Positions 13,501 to 27,400 of a DNA stretch of 64,000 bases are shown here, one piece after another. Below the pieces are notes generated by a model, which saw nothing but the letters and a program-made list of their open reading frames with translations, was not told the origin of the DNA and did no database searches. Both the position numbers and the translations under genes were made by a program. Numbering within the stretch: the stretch's first letter is position 1; each line of letters opens with the position of its first letter. Source of the stretch: Basidiobolus meristosporus CBS 931.73 (Eukaryota > Fungi > Basidiobolomycota); the NCBI GenBank assembly GCA_002104905.1, contig MCFE01000475.1:1-64000 (forward strand), in the 5' to 3' direction.

Positions 13501-14495
13501 TTCTATTAGCTCTATATGTGGATGATCTTATTATAGCCGCCAATAACCTAGAAACATTGGAAGAGACTAAATCCAGCCTATCTAAGGAGTTCAAGATGTC
13601 CGATCTAGGAGAACTTAGTTACTACTTAGGGATTAAGTTCTCCATAGACAGAAGTACCCAGACTATTACCCTAAGCCAATCCAAGTATATTCAAGATATA
13701 CTAAAGAAGTACAAAATGGAAGACTGTAAACCGGCAGCTACCCCAATGGAGACAAACCTTAACTTGATCAAAACTCAACCAAATCAAGAGAGCTTGGTGC
13801 CATCTGAAAGCCCTGACTTTCCTTATCAATCTATGGTCGGCAGTCTGATGTATATCATGCTTGGAACACGTCCAGATATCTCATATTCAGTGGGAGTTGT
13901 CAGCCAACATAATCAGAACTATGGATCTGATCATATTGCAGCAGTTAAGCGGATTTTTAGATACCTAAAAGGAACTGCTGATATCTGCTTAAGATACACT
14001 TATAAGGACTCAGAACAAGATCTTGTGGGATACTCTGATGCAGATTGGGGACAAAATTTGGAAGACAGAAGATCCACCACAGGATACACCTTTCTTTACT
14101 GTAAAGGAGCAATTTCATGGAATTCAAGAAAGCAACCAACCGTAGCACTTTCTACTACAGAGGCAGAGTATATGGCAGCCTGTGAAGCTACAAAAGAAGC
14201 AATGTGGTTAAGAAAGCTCTTTACAGATTTAGGCCTATGTCAAAAAACGCCTATTACTTTATTTCAAGATAATCAAGGATGTATACAATTAGGTAGAAAT
14301 CCAACTTTTCATGCTAGAACCAAGCACATAGATATTAGACATCATTTCATACGTGAAGCTATAGAGAATAACTTAGTTAGCTTAGTTTACTGTCCTACAG
14401 ATGAAATGATTGCAGACATATTTACCAAACCATTAGCTAGAGACAAGTTTGAATATCTTAGGTCAAAATTAGGACTAGTCAGTATGAACATTTAG
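10524..14495 (+). pseudogene. Copia gag-pol polyprotein (Gag/Zn knuckle, protease, integrase, RT, RNase H) with three premature stops
   Basis: One reading frame: KLDGSNYQVWKVKM, CNYCKRKGHTSDRC, WYIDSGASQH, HSDLCGP, RSDNGGEY, PQQNGVAE, HQMDVKTAFLNG, LYVDD, GYSDADW, TKHIDIRHHF. In-frame stops at 10845, 12732 and 13035. Confidence 0.97.
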
Positions 14496-14949
14496 CTGAG
14501 TGGGAGTGTTGTAAAAATTTGTATTTCCACCTAAATATTCACCTAACTTAGTCACTTAGATCAGCACCTTCAAATCCTAGAGAATACTGACCAAATTCCT
14601 TGTTGGGATTTACTTAGAATATTTTTCACCAAAATGCCAGGTACCCAGAACATGAAAATTCTCAAAGTTGTCCAAACAGCCCCAAACTTTGCACACATGT
14701 TCTTGGGACCTTCATTAACCTATTCTACGTGTTTGTAATGCCAAGACCAGGTAAAAGTATAAATACTACTTTTACATTCAATAAATCATTAAGTGAAAAC
14801 CACATAATCTACTTGTTCTCCAAATCACTTCCAATATCTCCAAGACTCTTACAACAATAATCACACAACTGGCTAATGGAAGTTATTGTCAGTTAATATC
14901 ACTTGAGGAAAGCCACCAACAGTTTAGAAGAATCCTGTGAGTAATGAGG

Positions 14950-17900
14950 TGCCAATGTGCTATAAGATGTGATAATAAACCTGTGATACTCAATCTACTC
15001 CATAGCACTAATTGCTTCCAAGGTTAAAGTGGGTTTCTAGCATATAATGATAGATTCAATAACTGATCTTACTTTTGTTGTTTCTACACATTTGCAGCTG
15101 CAATCAGTATCTCAGGCCAATGCTGTGTACTCCAGTAAGGTTGACTCTGGGTTGACATTTATATATTTTCATGAGTTTCCTATGAGACATGGAATCCTTA
15201 CCTCTTCAGATTATTATATCATTGATCAACCAGCACCAGGTGTGCACCTTGAGCCATTTCAACACAACCATACCCATTGGTTTCAATGCCCCAAATATAT
15301 ACAGCTGATACAGTTCCAGACTGTATAGGCTGTTACAAGTTGCAAGAGTCATACAGATATTGGAGTTAGTTAGATGACCAAATAGATTACCTGGCTTTCA
15401 CTCAATGCTTTACTGAATGACAAAGCTACATTGATACTTATCCAGGATTATGGCAATCAGTCACATTCATTGTGCTTAGAAAGATTGTATTAATATCTGT
15501 ACAGAGCTGGAGCACATTGGCCTAACTTGTTAAGCTATACACTCTATTAACATGACTTTTGAGCAGATATATTTGAAGCAAATCATATTGTGAGTTTGGT
15601 TACTACCCTTATGTACTCCCGTAACTTGGTCACTTGTGTGTGCAAGTCTCAGAGTATTTGTTTAAGTACCTTGCTCAGATTTACCTGGAATGCTTCACCA
15701 AAACATCAACTATGGAGGACATTATATATTGAAAGGTTGTCCAGACACCTCCAAGCTCAACACAAGTACTCTTGCAACTTTGCCAAGAATATTTAAGTGC
15801 TTGTCTTATAAGGACTGTATAAATATAACAATGACACACATACTTTCAATTATTTGTCAGGCTGGAACCACAAAATGCACTGGTTGTTTCAGTCATTGAC
15901 AAATTCTCCAAAGCTCTCACAATAGGTGATGAACTGCAAGCTGTGACTGTCTGAAATGCCTGTTACTAGGATCACTGGAATGGTCTCCTCTGTCTGAAAG
16001 GTGAAGATGAAGATGATGCAACAGCAAAATGGCCTTTGAGATATGCTCATAGGAGAAGAATGTCCTCCTAAAGAATACTTGAGCAGAGATTGAGGGCTTT
16101 GGGACAACTTTGAGAATGATCATAATCCAAGTACCTGATAATTTGGTGAAAATATTCCAAGTAAATCCCAACAAGAAATTTGGCCAGGACAGAATGCTAA
16201 TCAGGGAATAAGATTTATGTAACTAAGTTAGCATGAATATTCAGGTGACAACTTAATAATTACAACATATTAGCTATGTTGAGCTGTTAAGAAAATGTAT
16301 CTAAGACCAAAGTTCCCATGACTGAAGCTCCCAAAAAAGGTTATTGGTGCCAAAAAAGATCATCACAACAATCCCAATGACCTTAAAAATATTCATGATT
16401 TTGAGTTGATTAATTAATGCTAAAGTTGTAAGCTTAGGTATCATTGAGAGTGGTTGGAGAGACCTGCAAACCATCTGTGGCCTTTTGATGTTTGATTGTG
16501 CATATATAGAGCAACTCAAAGGAGATAGAGTTTTGGTATACTTTTGTCAGCTTGGTAAATATGGTAATAGTATAATTTTGTAAAAATATTTCTGGCAACT
16601 GTTTAGGTTTAATGGCAATAGCTGAACAATCTGGTTCTGGCCACAATTATTGCTGGCTTTACAGCTTGTAATACTTAGGACTTCAGACAGCTTTTCAGTA
16701 ATTTCTTCCTCTCACTGCTCCCACAACTCCCGCAAAAGAAATCTTGAAGCTCAATTTTTCAAGTCCAAGTTGGTTGATGCAGAGTTGAATTTAAATTTAT
16801 GTATGGACATCTCATTGATACATTTATGAAGGAAGGCAATGATAAATAAGTTCTTGATATGAGTAATCCTCAGTGGGATGACTGATGTATATCACAATTT
16901 TCAACAAAAATATTGAGCATGCAACTCTAACCTGTAGTGATTAGATTTGATGTCCACTGCTTTATCAATTAAGCTAATCATATATATTATTCCACTTTTC
17001 TGATATAGGATATACAAATGAGAAGCAGTGGCTATTGATTATGACTCAGAGTAGGTAACACTGTGCTTGCAAAACAGGTAAAAACTAATTATTTATCATC
17101 AACAGCTAGATGGATTTATATAGAGATAGTCCTGGGAGAAAAGCTGCCAAAAGAAGCTTCAATACTTGCTCAATAGCCTGTGTCATCCATGAAGGGACCA
17201 ATTGTTAGTGGCCATTTTAAAGAGTTTGATTTGTAGTGCTCAAGTAATTGCTAACAAAAACTATGAATTATACTCTGAAATACACCCTGCAATTGAGGGG
17301 ATTCTTCACCTGAAAGGTCTTGTTTATTGGACCTGTAATATCAGTATTTAGTTAGGACACTATAAGATGCTTTAACAGTGCTCTCTAAAGTCCATCTGTG
17401 TATGATAGATTTGCTCCTAACTTGTATGACGCATCAGCAATTTGAAATTAGTTCATAGACCTTTCTCTTGTGATATTTTAGGGTACAGCCCATTGTAACT
17501 CTTACTTCAGTCTACTTTCATTTCTGGCTAGTACAAGCTATGCTAGAGTCAAGAGACTTGCTCATAAAGTTTCATTGTACTGGTCATTCATTTTCTCTGC
17601 TTGGCTCTTTATATTCTTGATGGCATTGTGCTTTGTATGTAAATTGTATGTCAAAATGCTCTGTTTTGCCTGTTTTGAGCTTGACCAGATCTTTGAGTTC
17701 TTTAAGTTCCAGACATATGGTGACAAGGTAACTTAGGTGATCCATTGTTGTATACCAAGTACTACATAAAAGGAGGACTTCTGTGTTGCAAAGATAGCTT
17801 AGACACAATTGGCATGGAGGACTTGACATATGTGTTTATCCCATTAAAGTTTGGCTTTTCTGACATACTCCTAAAAGTTTTTGAGTACCTCTGTGGTATC

Positions 17901-19000
17901 ATGTATTCTAGGATGGTAAGTGGATACCATCATATGTTGAACCTCAGTCAGAGAGTTCCTCTAGGGCATCCAAGCTGCATGAAGATTTCCAGTTAAAGAA
18001 TCTACTGCATTGCTTGTACTTGATGCTGACATGGCTTTTTCTATGCATAACTTAGTGGTATGGGCAACTGATGTCACAACAAACCTGCTTCCTTTTGTAG
18101 CTTCAGGTAAGATCTCAATAAAGTCAACTCCCCAGTGGTAAAATTACACAACCTGTGACTCTGATGCTGCATATTCATTGTTATACTTAAAGATCTCTGC
18201 CATGGTAGTGTAGGAGACCTCCTTGGATATGCTTTACCATCTAAGGAATGTAAGGTTTCAGGTCTGCACAACAATCTCTGAGCTCAAATTGTTGGTGTCT
18301 CATTTACACTGTTTATTGCAATAAAATCTCATGCTCTTTAGGCCTCCTTAATGCTCTAAGTGTCTCCAAAGACCTCTATGGGTTCTTGGGCACTGCCTTG
18401 AAAAGCTCCTTGATGGCAAGTCTGAGGTATTACAGTTGGAAGTAGGTGCAGTGATCAAGAGCTAATCCATAAGAGGGAGTATTACTGAGAGAAGATATGG
18501 TTTACTGACTCCCTTATATGCTTTTCCTGATAGTTAAGTTATTTACAATGACAAAACTCTAGAAGATTCCAGGGACTGATGGCAATCTTAACAACATCAT
18601 AATTGGATAGGTATTGTCTGATGATATACTCTAAAGTCCTAAAAGGCACATCACAGTCAACCAATGAGTAGTCACTGATCAGAATCCTGTGTAACATAGG
18701 GCTACCTTATACAGTATGGAACAGCAAGGATTGTAGATACTTTACTGATTGCATATTTGAGTACTATAGAGAATAGCAAATGCTAATGACTAGGCAGCAT
18801 AGGTAATGTACAGAGAGAATACCAACAATATGGGCAAAGAGCAGTAAGTCCATAGTTGAACCTCTACTGAGTGATAGCTTAGACCTCATAACCTGCTGTA
18901 AGAGTTTTGGAGATACTGGAAGTGATTAAGCAAGCAAGCAGTTATATAGTTTTGACTTAATGCTCAATTCAATGTAGAAGTAGTAATTTTTTTCTTTTAT
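14950..19000. mobile_element. Heavily decayed AT-rich, CpG-poor repeat or TE relic, family unassigned
   Basis: No long ORFs, composition like the flanking TE DNA, embedded copia LTR fragment. No diagnostic motif recognised. Confidence 0.35.
16090..16267 (-). repeat. Degenerate partial copia LTR
   Basis: Reverse complement reads TGTTGTAATT..CACCTGAATATTC..AACTTAGT..CCAAATTTCTTGTTGGGATTTACTTGGAATATTTTCACCAAA, matching the LTR 5' half. Confidence 0.75.
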
Positions 19001-19046
19001 ATGGTCTTGCCAAAAACATGTAGAATATGTTTGCAAAGACTCCAAG

Positions 19047-19377
19047 TGCTGGAAGAGCCTTGGAGATATAGATGGCACCATTAGATCTTGTAGTTTTCAA
19101 ATAAGGATTTATTGAATGTAAAGGTAGTATTTATACTGATCATGGTCTTGGCAGAAGAACCTTTTAGATATATTCAACAAGGGCCCAAGAGCATGTGAGC
19201 AAAGTCTGGGGCTGTCTGGACCACTTTACAATTGTCATTATCTGGGCACCTGATGTTTTGGTAAAAATGTTCCAAGTCCCAACAAGCAATTTGGGCAGGG
19301 TTATCTAAGATTTATAGACTATGATCTAAGTGACTAAGTCAGAAGAATGTTTTGGTGTAATTACTGAACTTATAACA
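19047..19377 (-). repeat. Old full-length copia-family LTR
   Basis: Reverse complement keeps CTTAGTCACTTAGATC, CAAAACATCAGGT, CAGCCCCAGACTTTGC, AGTATAAATACTACCTTTACATTCAATAAATC and ATCTCCAAGGCTCTT. Confidence 0.8.
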
Positions 19378-19706
19378 TCTAGGAGGTACAGAAGTTTGCT
19401 TTGGAAATATAGAAAAGTTGTTGCTACCAAAGTTGTATATAAAGGGTAAACAGAGATGCAGAGACTATTGATAAGAATTGGCAAAGACATCTGGAGTCTT
19501 GATAAACTGATCAAAGTTGATACTTTATTGGCAGTAGTTGGAAGGATGAGCAAACCACTTGTTGGATTATTCCATATTTGCATGGATTAACAAGAGCACC
19601 AACAGAAAGGTTATCAAGTAGTAGCCAAGTACATAGAAAGTTATTAAGTAAAAGTATATTAAAGTGATCTAGCATTGTGGAATGCATAAAAGGTTGTTAA
19701 AGTGAC

Positions 19707-20771
19707 CTAGCACCATGGACCGAATTTAAGATCCCAATAGGTCATATGTGAAATAACGTCTACAGGTTGATAGCCACGGATGCAGTCATTATCCTCGGTC
19801 AACTGACCGTCATTGCAGTTGACGGTTTTACCGGTAAACCAGTGAATATATACTTCATGGGGAGAATGCTGGAATCCAAATGACTCAGGTGGCAAGTGAG
19901 GAACGGGGTCGTTCTTGGATGTAACACGAATCATGTTGGTACCGAGAGTTGAATTGGACAGCGTTTGGAAAGCTAATTGAGCAAATCTCTGATTCCCGAC
20001 TCTTGGCTGCCCGTAGGTGTGAAGAAGGATCTTGGAAGGATTAATGGTTTTGGTTGGCGGGGTAATACAACGCGGGCTCTTGGGGTTTAGCAAATGATTT
20101 TTGATCTCCATCGCACCATGAACAGCAACCGCACCACCCTGTAATATGCGCGTTAACGAGCAGTTCGATCCAATTCTATTCTCTGACCAACTTACCAACG
20201 AATGGCCGGTCACTAGAAGCTCATAATCATCAGGATTGCTGGGAAGTTGATCTACAACCTGCTTCAATCCGGAGATCACGTCTTCGGACACGCTGTTGAA
20301 AGCTTTCAGGAATCCTCCGTGAACAAGGGTGCCCTTCTCAGTGTTAGGGTACTGGAAGTCTAGCGGAAGGAAATCAAGATCGTGAACCCAGTTACGAATG
20401 TTAGAGGACCTTTCAGAAAAGCGGGCAGGTTAGATATGGGGGTATGTAGATAACCAGGTTGATCCATACCCTCTAAACGCTACAATGATGGTTTTTTCTT
20501 TGTGGTTGACACCAACATAGCCGGCTAGCCCACTGAGCAAGTCTTCAAAGTACGATGTTACTTTGACTTCCCCCACACATCTGCTGCCACAGTCCCACTT
20601 GAGAACTCGAGGCTTCAGGCAGTAGCTGGCGGCTGCATAACTACCGTGACGGATCAACATATCCTTGATCTCTGCACTTACTTCAGAGCCATCGCGTTTG
20701 GCCAGAGGAGCAGCAGTCAAAGAAGAGATGGCTGCACAGCAGAAAGTCAAGGCAGAAAGAAGCTTCATCAT
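19707..20771 (-). CDS. Secreted class 3 (fungal-type) triacylglycerol lipase, 2 introns
   Basis: Signal/propeptide MMKLLSALTFCCAAISSLTAAPLAKR. Splicing restores IVAFRGSSNIRNW, VHGGF and GHSLGG; also YGQPRVGN, DPVPHLPP and SHMTYW (Ser-Asp-His triad). Confidence 0.95.
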
Positions 20772-21960
20772 GATGATATCCCAGCGTCTGAGGTGTAGCC
20801 AGCTTTTGTGAGGGCCTTATATACTAGATTGACGTTACTCGGCTCATTTTCTTGTGATTTTTCTTCTCATGGATGCTCCACAAACCTTTAGTATCCTTCC
20901 ATGAACCCAAGTAAAATCTCAACCACATCGATAGTCTTTACGCTGTAGAGACATGTGAAAGTACTCACGAATAGATGGTGCTGCCACAAGAATTACTAAT
21001 TCGGGACCATCCATGAGAACCTCCAGCAAGAGCAGCCAAAAGCATACGCTCGGAAAAACTCAACGTCTGCTTTGTGGTTTAGTCTGTGAATTGTACCTCG
21101 TTCTCCTGCATAGTGGAATGTAATTGATCAATAAATACACAGCGTATGCGGTGTAATATTTATCAGGTCCTCAGCATCCACAAGGACCGCGATTCTACTT
21201 TACCAACTGATAGATTTGCTATATTTAACGAGCATTCTTTGGTCCACAATGTTTGTTTCTATATCTAGACCTGCACAACCTGGTGGTATCCGCCGAAAAC
21301 AACTGGTCGCAGATATCCGGTTGTATGTTTTTTTACCTTTTCTCTTCTCAGCCTGGACTTGTGCTGGTAGATAGTATGAATGGTCCGTCGACTTGGAGAA
21401 TGGCAAACAAGTCGGAATTGCGGTTTCTTTTTGCATTCATCGGTAATCGAAACGAAGCATGCAATATCGCATACGGTCATTTGCATTATCTCAGATATCC
21501 TCACATGTCTTCAAACTAGTGTCACTTTATGTTAACCACGTACACTTTGTGCACTGGATTATTCCAATTGGAGCTTTGGCCATATACTAGGCAGCCCCTA
21601 TTTGGCAATGATATGCTAGCCGGTAAGAATCGGCGGATTGATTGTTACCCTAAATATGCATGATCGGAGATCACTGCATTACCTAGGCATTGTTCAATCG
21701 ATACAATGTGTTGATTCCAGGTATCACTGAATCATGACCACTCCCAACATCATTAATATTGTCTTGAGGATATGTCGACAATAATGAAGCAATTTGGCCA
21801 AACATCATCCCCCTGCCAGTCACAGTATATCCAAAATCTGGTGTTTGGGCAACCATGTTTTACTAAGTTTCATTATTGGTTGGGTGGACATATATTAAGC
21901 AATGAGCTGTATGTTGCAACTTCGTATTTATGCGCTCTAGCTTAAGAACTCTACTATTTC

Positions 21961-21998
21961 CTGGCCAAATTCTCTGTTGGGATTTACTTCGAACATAT
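21961..21998 (+). repeat. Short relic of the copia LTR core
   Basis: CTGGCCAAATTCTCTGTTGGGATTTACTTCGAACATAT compared with LTR CTGACCAAATTCCTTGTTGGGATTTACTTAGAATAT. Confidence 0.55.
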
Positions 21999-22311
21999 AT
22001 ACGAAAACAACCCTAGATTACCAGGAGTCCTCGTTGGGAGTCAGGTGACTTCATTTAAAATAACTCCTACTCCGCTCGTGACCCATGATGTATTACATAC
22101 CCCTGAATTCAAGACTCACGGCTAAATTGTTGATAAATATGATACATTTATTACTAATCAACCGCGAATACTATCAGAACAACAGTAAACAAACTATGTA
22201 GCAGCGAGGAGCATTAGGGCTTGAGGGTGAATAAGTGATTACTTCAAGCCAAGAGAATTAATGTAATTTTGAAATGCTGAGGATATCAAAGGACCTCCCT
22301 ATAATACTAGC

Positions 22312-23486
22312 CTAGTTGGATGCTTCCTCAGGTTTGCGGGCAACAAATAGGAAGGCAGGGGTAAACAACTCACGGACACCACCATCTTGAAGAGCACGGT
22401 TGGCTTCATACAAAAGCTCAGATACCTTGGTGGAGCCAGGAGCGGCGATTCCGACCTTCTCGAGAACGTTGACCATGTTCATGGTACACCAAGCACCAAA
22501 GGATGACATGCGGAAGTTGGAGAATGTGGAACCTTGCAACCACTTGTACCAGGGCTCATCAGTGGGCTTGGGAACAATGACATCCTCATACTCGACGATT
22601 TCAAAGCCAACATTTCTAAGGGCCTGAAGGCACTCCTCGGTTGTATACAGATGAGAGATACCGTTACCCTCCTCAATGGCAAGAGCGATGCGCTTGTGCT
22701 CTGGGTTGGTAGGATCGTACTTGGAGGTCATGCACCATTCGTAGCAAGCATATTGGCTTCCGGGCTTGAGGACACGGAAGATTTGGCCGTAAACATCCTC
22801 CAATTTACGGGCATGGCAGGTGGCCTCAATGCTGTAGACAGCATCGAAGGAGTTGTCATTCAAGGGGATGTTCAAGAAATCGCCCTTGACATAGTCGGTC
22901 AGATCTTGGAGTTGGCACTTCTCACTGTAGGTACGGCCACGCTCAAGCTGGTAATCGTTGTTGTTCAATCCGGTGATGTGGGCACCGGTGAATCTAGCGA
23001 TCTCACGGAGGGGACCACCAACGCCGCACCCAACATCCAACACCTTCATGCCAGGCTTCAAAGCGAGCTTCAGGCCAATGTAATGTTCGTGACGCTTGAT
23101 GGAGTCGGTGAATTTGTCGTCTATAAAAGGAAACGGTTAGTCTCGAGCGGGACGTGAAAACCAAGCTATCGTATGTTACATTTGAAAGCGCGAGCGAAAT
23201 GGAATGATTCACCCCAGCCATACTCGTAGAAATCGGTGACCAAATCGTAGAATTTGTTGGTCAGGTACGAGGCGTTGGCACGACGCTTCTCGACGTTCTC
23301 GTCGTAGGTGTCCAAGTTCTTCTTCTCCTCCTCAGTCCAGTATTTGTAGTATTCATCGACAGCATTTTGGTTGAGCGATTTGTCCTTGGTGGTCAATTTC
23401 TTGACCAGGTTGCCCTCGTCGGCAATCACCGTGGCACCGTGATGCTTGATGGAGTTTTCTTTATCTTGCTGAGCAGTGGTGGACAT
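22312..23486 (-). CDS. ERG6: Sterol 24-C-methyltransferase
   Basis: FYDLVTDFYEYGWGESFHFA, RHEHY, VLDVGCGVGGPLREI, YSIEATCHA, YEWCMT, IEEGNGI. One intron joins ORFs 23166-23486 and 22312-23061 in frame. Confidence 0.97.
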
Positions 23487-24450
23487 GATTGAATCAGGGG
23501 ATGTGCGAGGAGAAGAATAGGAAACGAACTTCGGACCGCTCGCTTTTATAACCCGACTGCTGGCTCACCTCACCCCCATGATTTTGGCGACGAAATTCTC
23601 ACCCACGCTTCGTTGTACCTAATTAAGATATTGCGCTGTTCGATGAGCCAATTCACCGGCCAATTCATCGGCCACCCGTATTTCAGACTACGTAATACCG
23701 AAATCCCATGGATTGATTGGCGATCATGGCGGGTAAAAGTTGAAAAAATATGCGAAAATTGGATCATGCATTTCCCTTACTCCTTTATCATGTACTATTT
23801 AAGAAGCCCCAATCAACCAAGCGCATGTCGAGCTTCACCACGGCTCTACGGCCATACGCCGCTGCACTGCTCCTCCGCAGTCCGCTTTTTTTGCTCTCTC
23901 GCGCCCATTTCGAACCGTTTCGACCGAGAGGCTAGCAATCTCGTCTTCCTCCTGCAGATCCGGTTCGGGGTTTCCTTCGGAACATGGAGTCCGTAAAATC
24001 ATTACCACCGATTCCATATCTGGCTCATGAATGGTGCTAAATCCCCTTTAGTCTACAAGGGCTGCTTTCTAGGGGACTGATATAGCCGATGATCTAGCCT
24101 GCAATTCCACATGCATGAGGCTTGGGTTTCCCGATGAAAAGCCTCGAGAACCCACCGGCTTTTTATCGTGTCACGGAATCAACCTCAACATGGGTGACGA
24201 TGAGGTCATCACCTAAGCGTTGGGCTATTAACCAAATTAAGCGACCCGCCATTAGTAATGTTTATGAGCCGTCAAATTTCCCGCACTGTGGAGGAATGGC
24301 ATGTTCATATATGGCTCGATTCCGATCATCCACGGGAGCCACCAGAGGTTTCTCCCTGGTAAGTGGAAGTTGGGTGTTGACCTTTAGGTTTGGTAAATGG
24401 GTAATCGTCGTTTATATTTGCTTTGCGTGAAAGATCCTTCCAATGAAGCA

Positions 24451-27400
24451 TCACGATGTTTTGCTGAGCTCGTTCAGGCTAGCAATCAATATCCAATGGT
24501 CCTCTACATTGATACATACTTTAACCTGCTCCAGGATCTGTCGAAGCACTATTTGGACCTGGGCGAATGTTGAGTGCTGGCTCGCACTAACTGTGGTTGT
24601 AAGAAGTGTGATCAACCGCTTGATGATCTATTTCGAACGAATGAGTGTGAGCATCTATCGCTCATGATGATATGTGCAAATGCCCACTAACCTGTTGCTG
24701 CACCCGTTGCCTGGGAGTGGCGTCAAGTATCACTTGGGGTAATAAAAATGAGGTCTGTTGGATGATCAATTCCCGGGCATCTCTGCATAGCCACTCCTGA
24801 TAGCGAGGCACCCAAGTGTACTCCCGTTCCTCCAAATACTTGAACCATTTTTCGGAATCCGGCAACGTGGCGGGAGTTGATGTGCTTGAATCCCACCACA
24901 TGAGCAAAACTCCCCCAAGAATCCATGCCATTCCAGAACACAGAATGTCAAGGTTGATGTGCGACATTCCGTCACTGGACAGAATGATGAGGATGTCAAG
25001 GACTCGAACGATCCAATCCAGTTGCTCGCTACTATCTTGGGAAGTGGTGTAGAGGGTGCGGAGGATGTACAAAAATGTCCGTCGTGTGTCACGCTTATGA
25101 TCCTTGAGTGCCAATTTAAGAATGGTGACGAGGGAGCTCACAGTCTCGGCTCGCTGCAGCTCTACTAATGTGCAGACAGAAAGCACATATTTGCGTAGGT
25201 TCGCCGGTTCCAGAGACGAATGGTCATTCACATCCTGTAGACTGAACAAAGTGCATCGAACCATTTCTTGAATCACCAGCTCTTCCTCTACGGTGTCGGG
25301 GTCAGCAAGTTGGACGTACACGGGTCGCAGTAGATTCAGTAAATCCTTGTAAAGTCCAGCCACTTCACTGCTGACTTGGTTTGCGTGTTGTGGGTACTCT
25401 TGGAGATAATCACCAAGCGTTGTTAGGAATTGGCGTCTTAGTACCTATGGAAGGCTAGGGTTAGCACCCTTATGCTGAGTAAAACCAATTGCTACCTGAC
25501 GGTTACCTGATCCTTGCGCATTTCAAATAGGCCCCGGACCAAGATTTCCAGCAACTCGAGAACTCTCGAGGCAGGTAGCACCACCTTCTTCAGATCGGCG
25601 GAGGCACGTCGCTCCCTTTTTTCCCAGGTGATTTTCCCCTTGGCACATACGAGTCCACTGATGCTTAGCAACTGGCCGAGTACTCTGGGGGAAAATAGTA
25701 GCGCTTGTATCTCGGGATGCACGTGTTCCGCAACTGACTTTCGGATCAGTGAAATGATATATTCAACCAAAGAAGATGAGTACAGGCAGTGGGTGGCTGC
25801 GAACTGTATGCACTCTTTTTGAAGATCTAAGGAAGCATTCGCAAGTGAATGGAGAGGATACCAGTTGACAGGAGGAATGGGCGATTCTAGCAGAGTGCAG
25901 GAGTGAAGCAAGGTTAGGATGCTTTTGGTGAGATCCGAATCATGACTTGCCACGGAAAGCTCTGTTCAAGGAAAGTTAGATTCCACAATATGTAGGATGC
26001 CCAGTAAGGTGTGGAAACGTACTGATTGAAGCCTCTGTAATGCCTTCAAACACCGCTCGCAAATAGCTGGTGGGTGCCGGGAACCTTGAATAGTCTGGCG
26101 GTTCAGTGCTTACCGCTCCAGCCATGATACTCTCGTTCTGTTTAACCGTAAGTTCGTACACGACTCTTCCTAGTATCACTGCGGATATTCTGGCGCCTTT
26201 AATGTCTCCCATAGCGTCGTTGTTCAGGCCAGCACTCGAAGACAACGTCTGAATGATTTGAAGGACGATCTCGGGCTTGATCTTGGAGATATTGATTCTC
26301 AAGGCGTCTTGGGAATACGCGAAGAAATCGATCCCCAAGAGTATGCACAACGTGATCACTGAAATCAAACGATCGTCCTTCGAGACGGCTGTAGCAACGT
26401 TCTGCAGGTGGAAGTTGATTTGCGAGTAATAAGAGGGGAGCGAGGAGGTGGACGACTGACGGGATTGCACCAGCGAGTACAGCAGATAGGCGTAGCTCCA
26501 TTGGGCGTGCGAATTGCTGGACGGGAACTATCCGGGTTGTTAGTACAGGGCCGGCACGACGAAGTGGACGATATACTGGACTAGCCCTACCTTTGATTTG
26601 GCCACGTCGGCCGCTTTTTTCAATAAATTAAATACGTCCGCCCGAGGGTTTTTGCTTGCTACCACGGCGAGGATCCATAATGAGCTAGCAAATAGAGAAT
26701 GGTCCTCGACATCGAACTCCTCGTTGAGCGTGTCCTCGACAACTCCAAGTGAGCGATTGAAAAACACCTGATGTATCTCCGACTGCTCAGATAAGGATTT
26801 TCCTAGGCCAAACACGAGTGCGACGTTCACGTTAGTCGAGTGGGTCCCTGGAGAGTAGATCTCATCAACCCAATGGATCAGCTCGACGCGCAGATTGGCA
26901 GTGGACTCCGAAATAGTGGTCAAGCTGTAAAGTGAATCGATGATGATCCCTAGCCCATAGCCACAGCCAAATTGTGCCCACTCATGGTCGGTGCTAGAAC
27001 AAAGAAACAAATGAGCCCAATGGACAATGGAGAATACGCCAAGCAGACATACATGGGGGAGGCCTGTAGACCGCTAATGAGAAGCCCGGAAATCTCGACG
27101 AGCAGCTTTTCATCGCTTGGTATCAAGCCAGTCAATATGGCAATAGAGGTATACGCGGAGAACAACGTGTCATCTGTGACGCTTTGCGATGTGGGCTGAT
27201 CAACGATGTTCACTCGGAGATGGTGGATGATCCGTCGGGTCTGGGAAGTAGCAGAAGAAGAATTGATGTAGTGCATGTTACGAATAAGCCCTAGCCCAAT
27301 AGATTAGCATATATGTCCGTCTTTCAATCAAACCACACCAACCTGTTAGTGCAGCCACAATGTTGCAACTGGTCTTTGGAACTCTGGAGTTTTCCAATCT

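Larger units (their letters stand above)
10170..14856 (+). mobile_element. Full-length Ty1/copia LTR retrotransposon
   Basis: 350-bp LTRs at 10170-10519 and 14507-14856 (4 differences counted), TG...CA ends, perfect 5-bp TSD ATAAT (10165-10169 and 14857-14861), PBS 10520-10531, PPT 14498-14506. Confidence 0.98.

Noticed and set aside
17100-17400. PFMDDT as a non-LTR reverse transcriptase motif
   Set aside because: Isolated motif; neighbouring RT blocks could not be recovered.
22534-23157. 207-aa plus-strand ORF over ERG6, and similar antisense ORFs over RPL36, NAP1 and the DUF3730-like gene
   Set aside because: Antisense shadows of codon-biased genes with no independent motifs.
23570-23675. 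SRE-like TCACCCCCAT and a tandem CCAATTCA(C/T)CGG upstream of ERG6
   Set aside because: Short motifs expected by chance; no conservation data.
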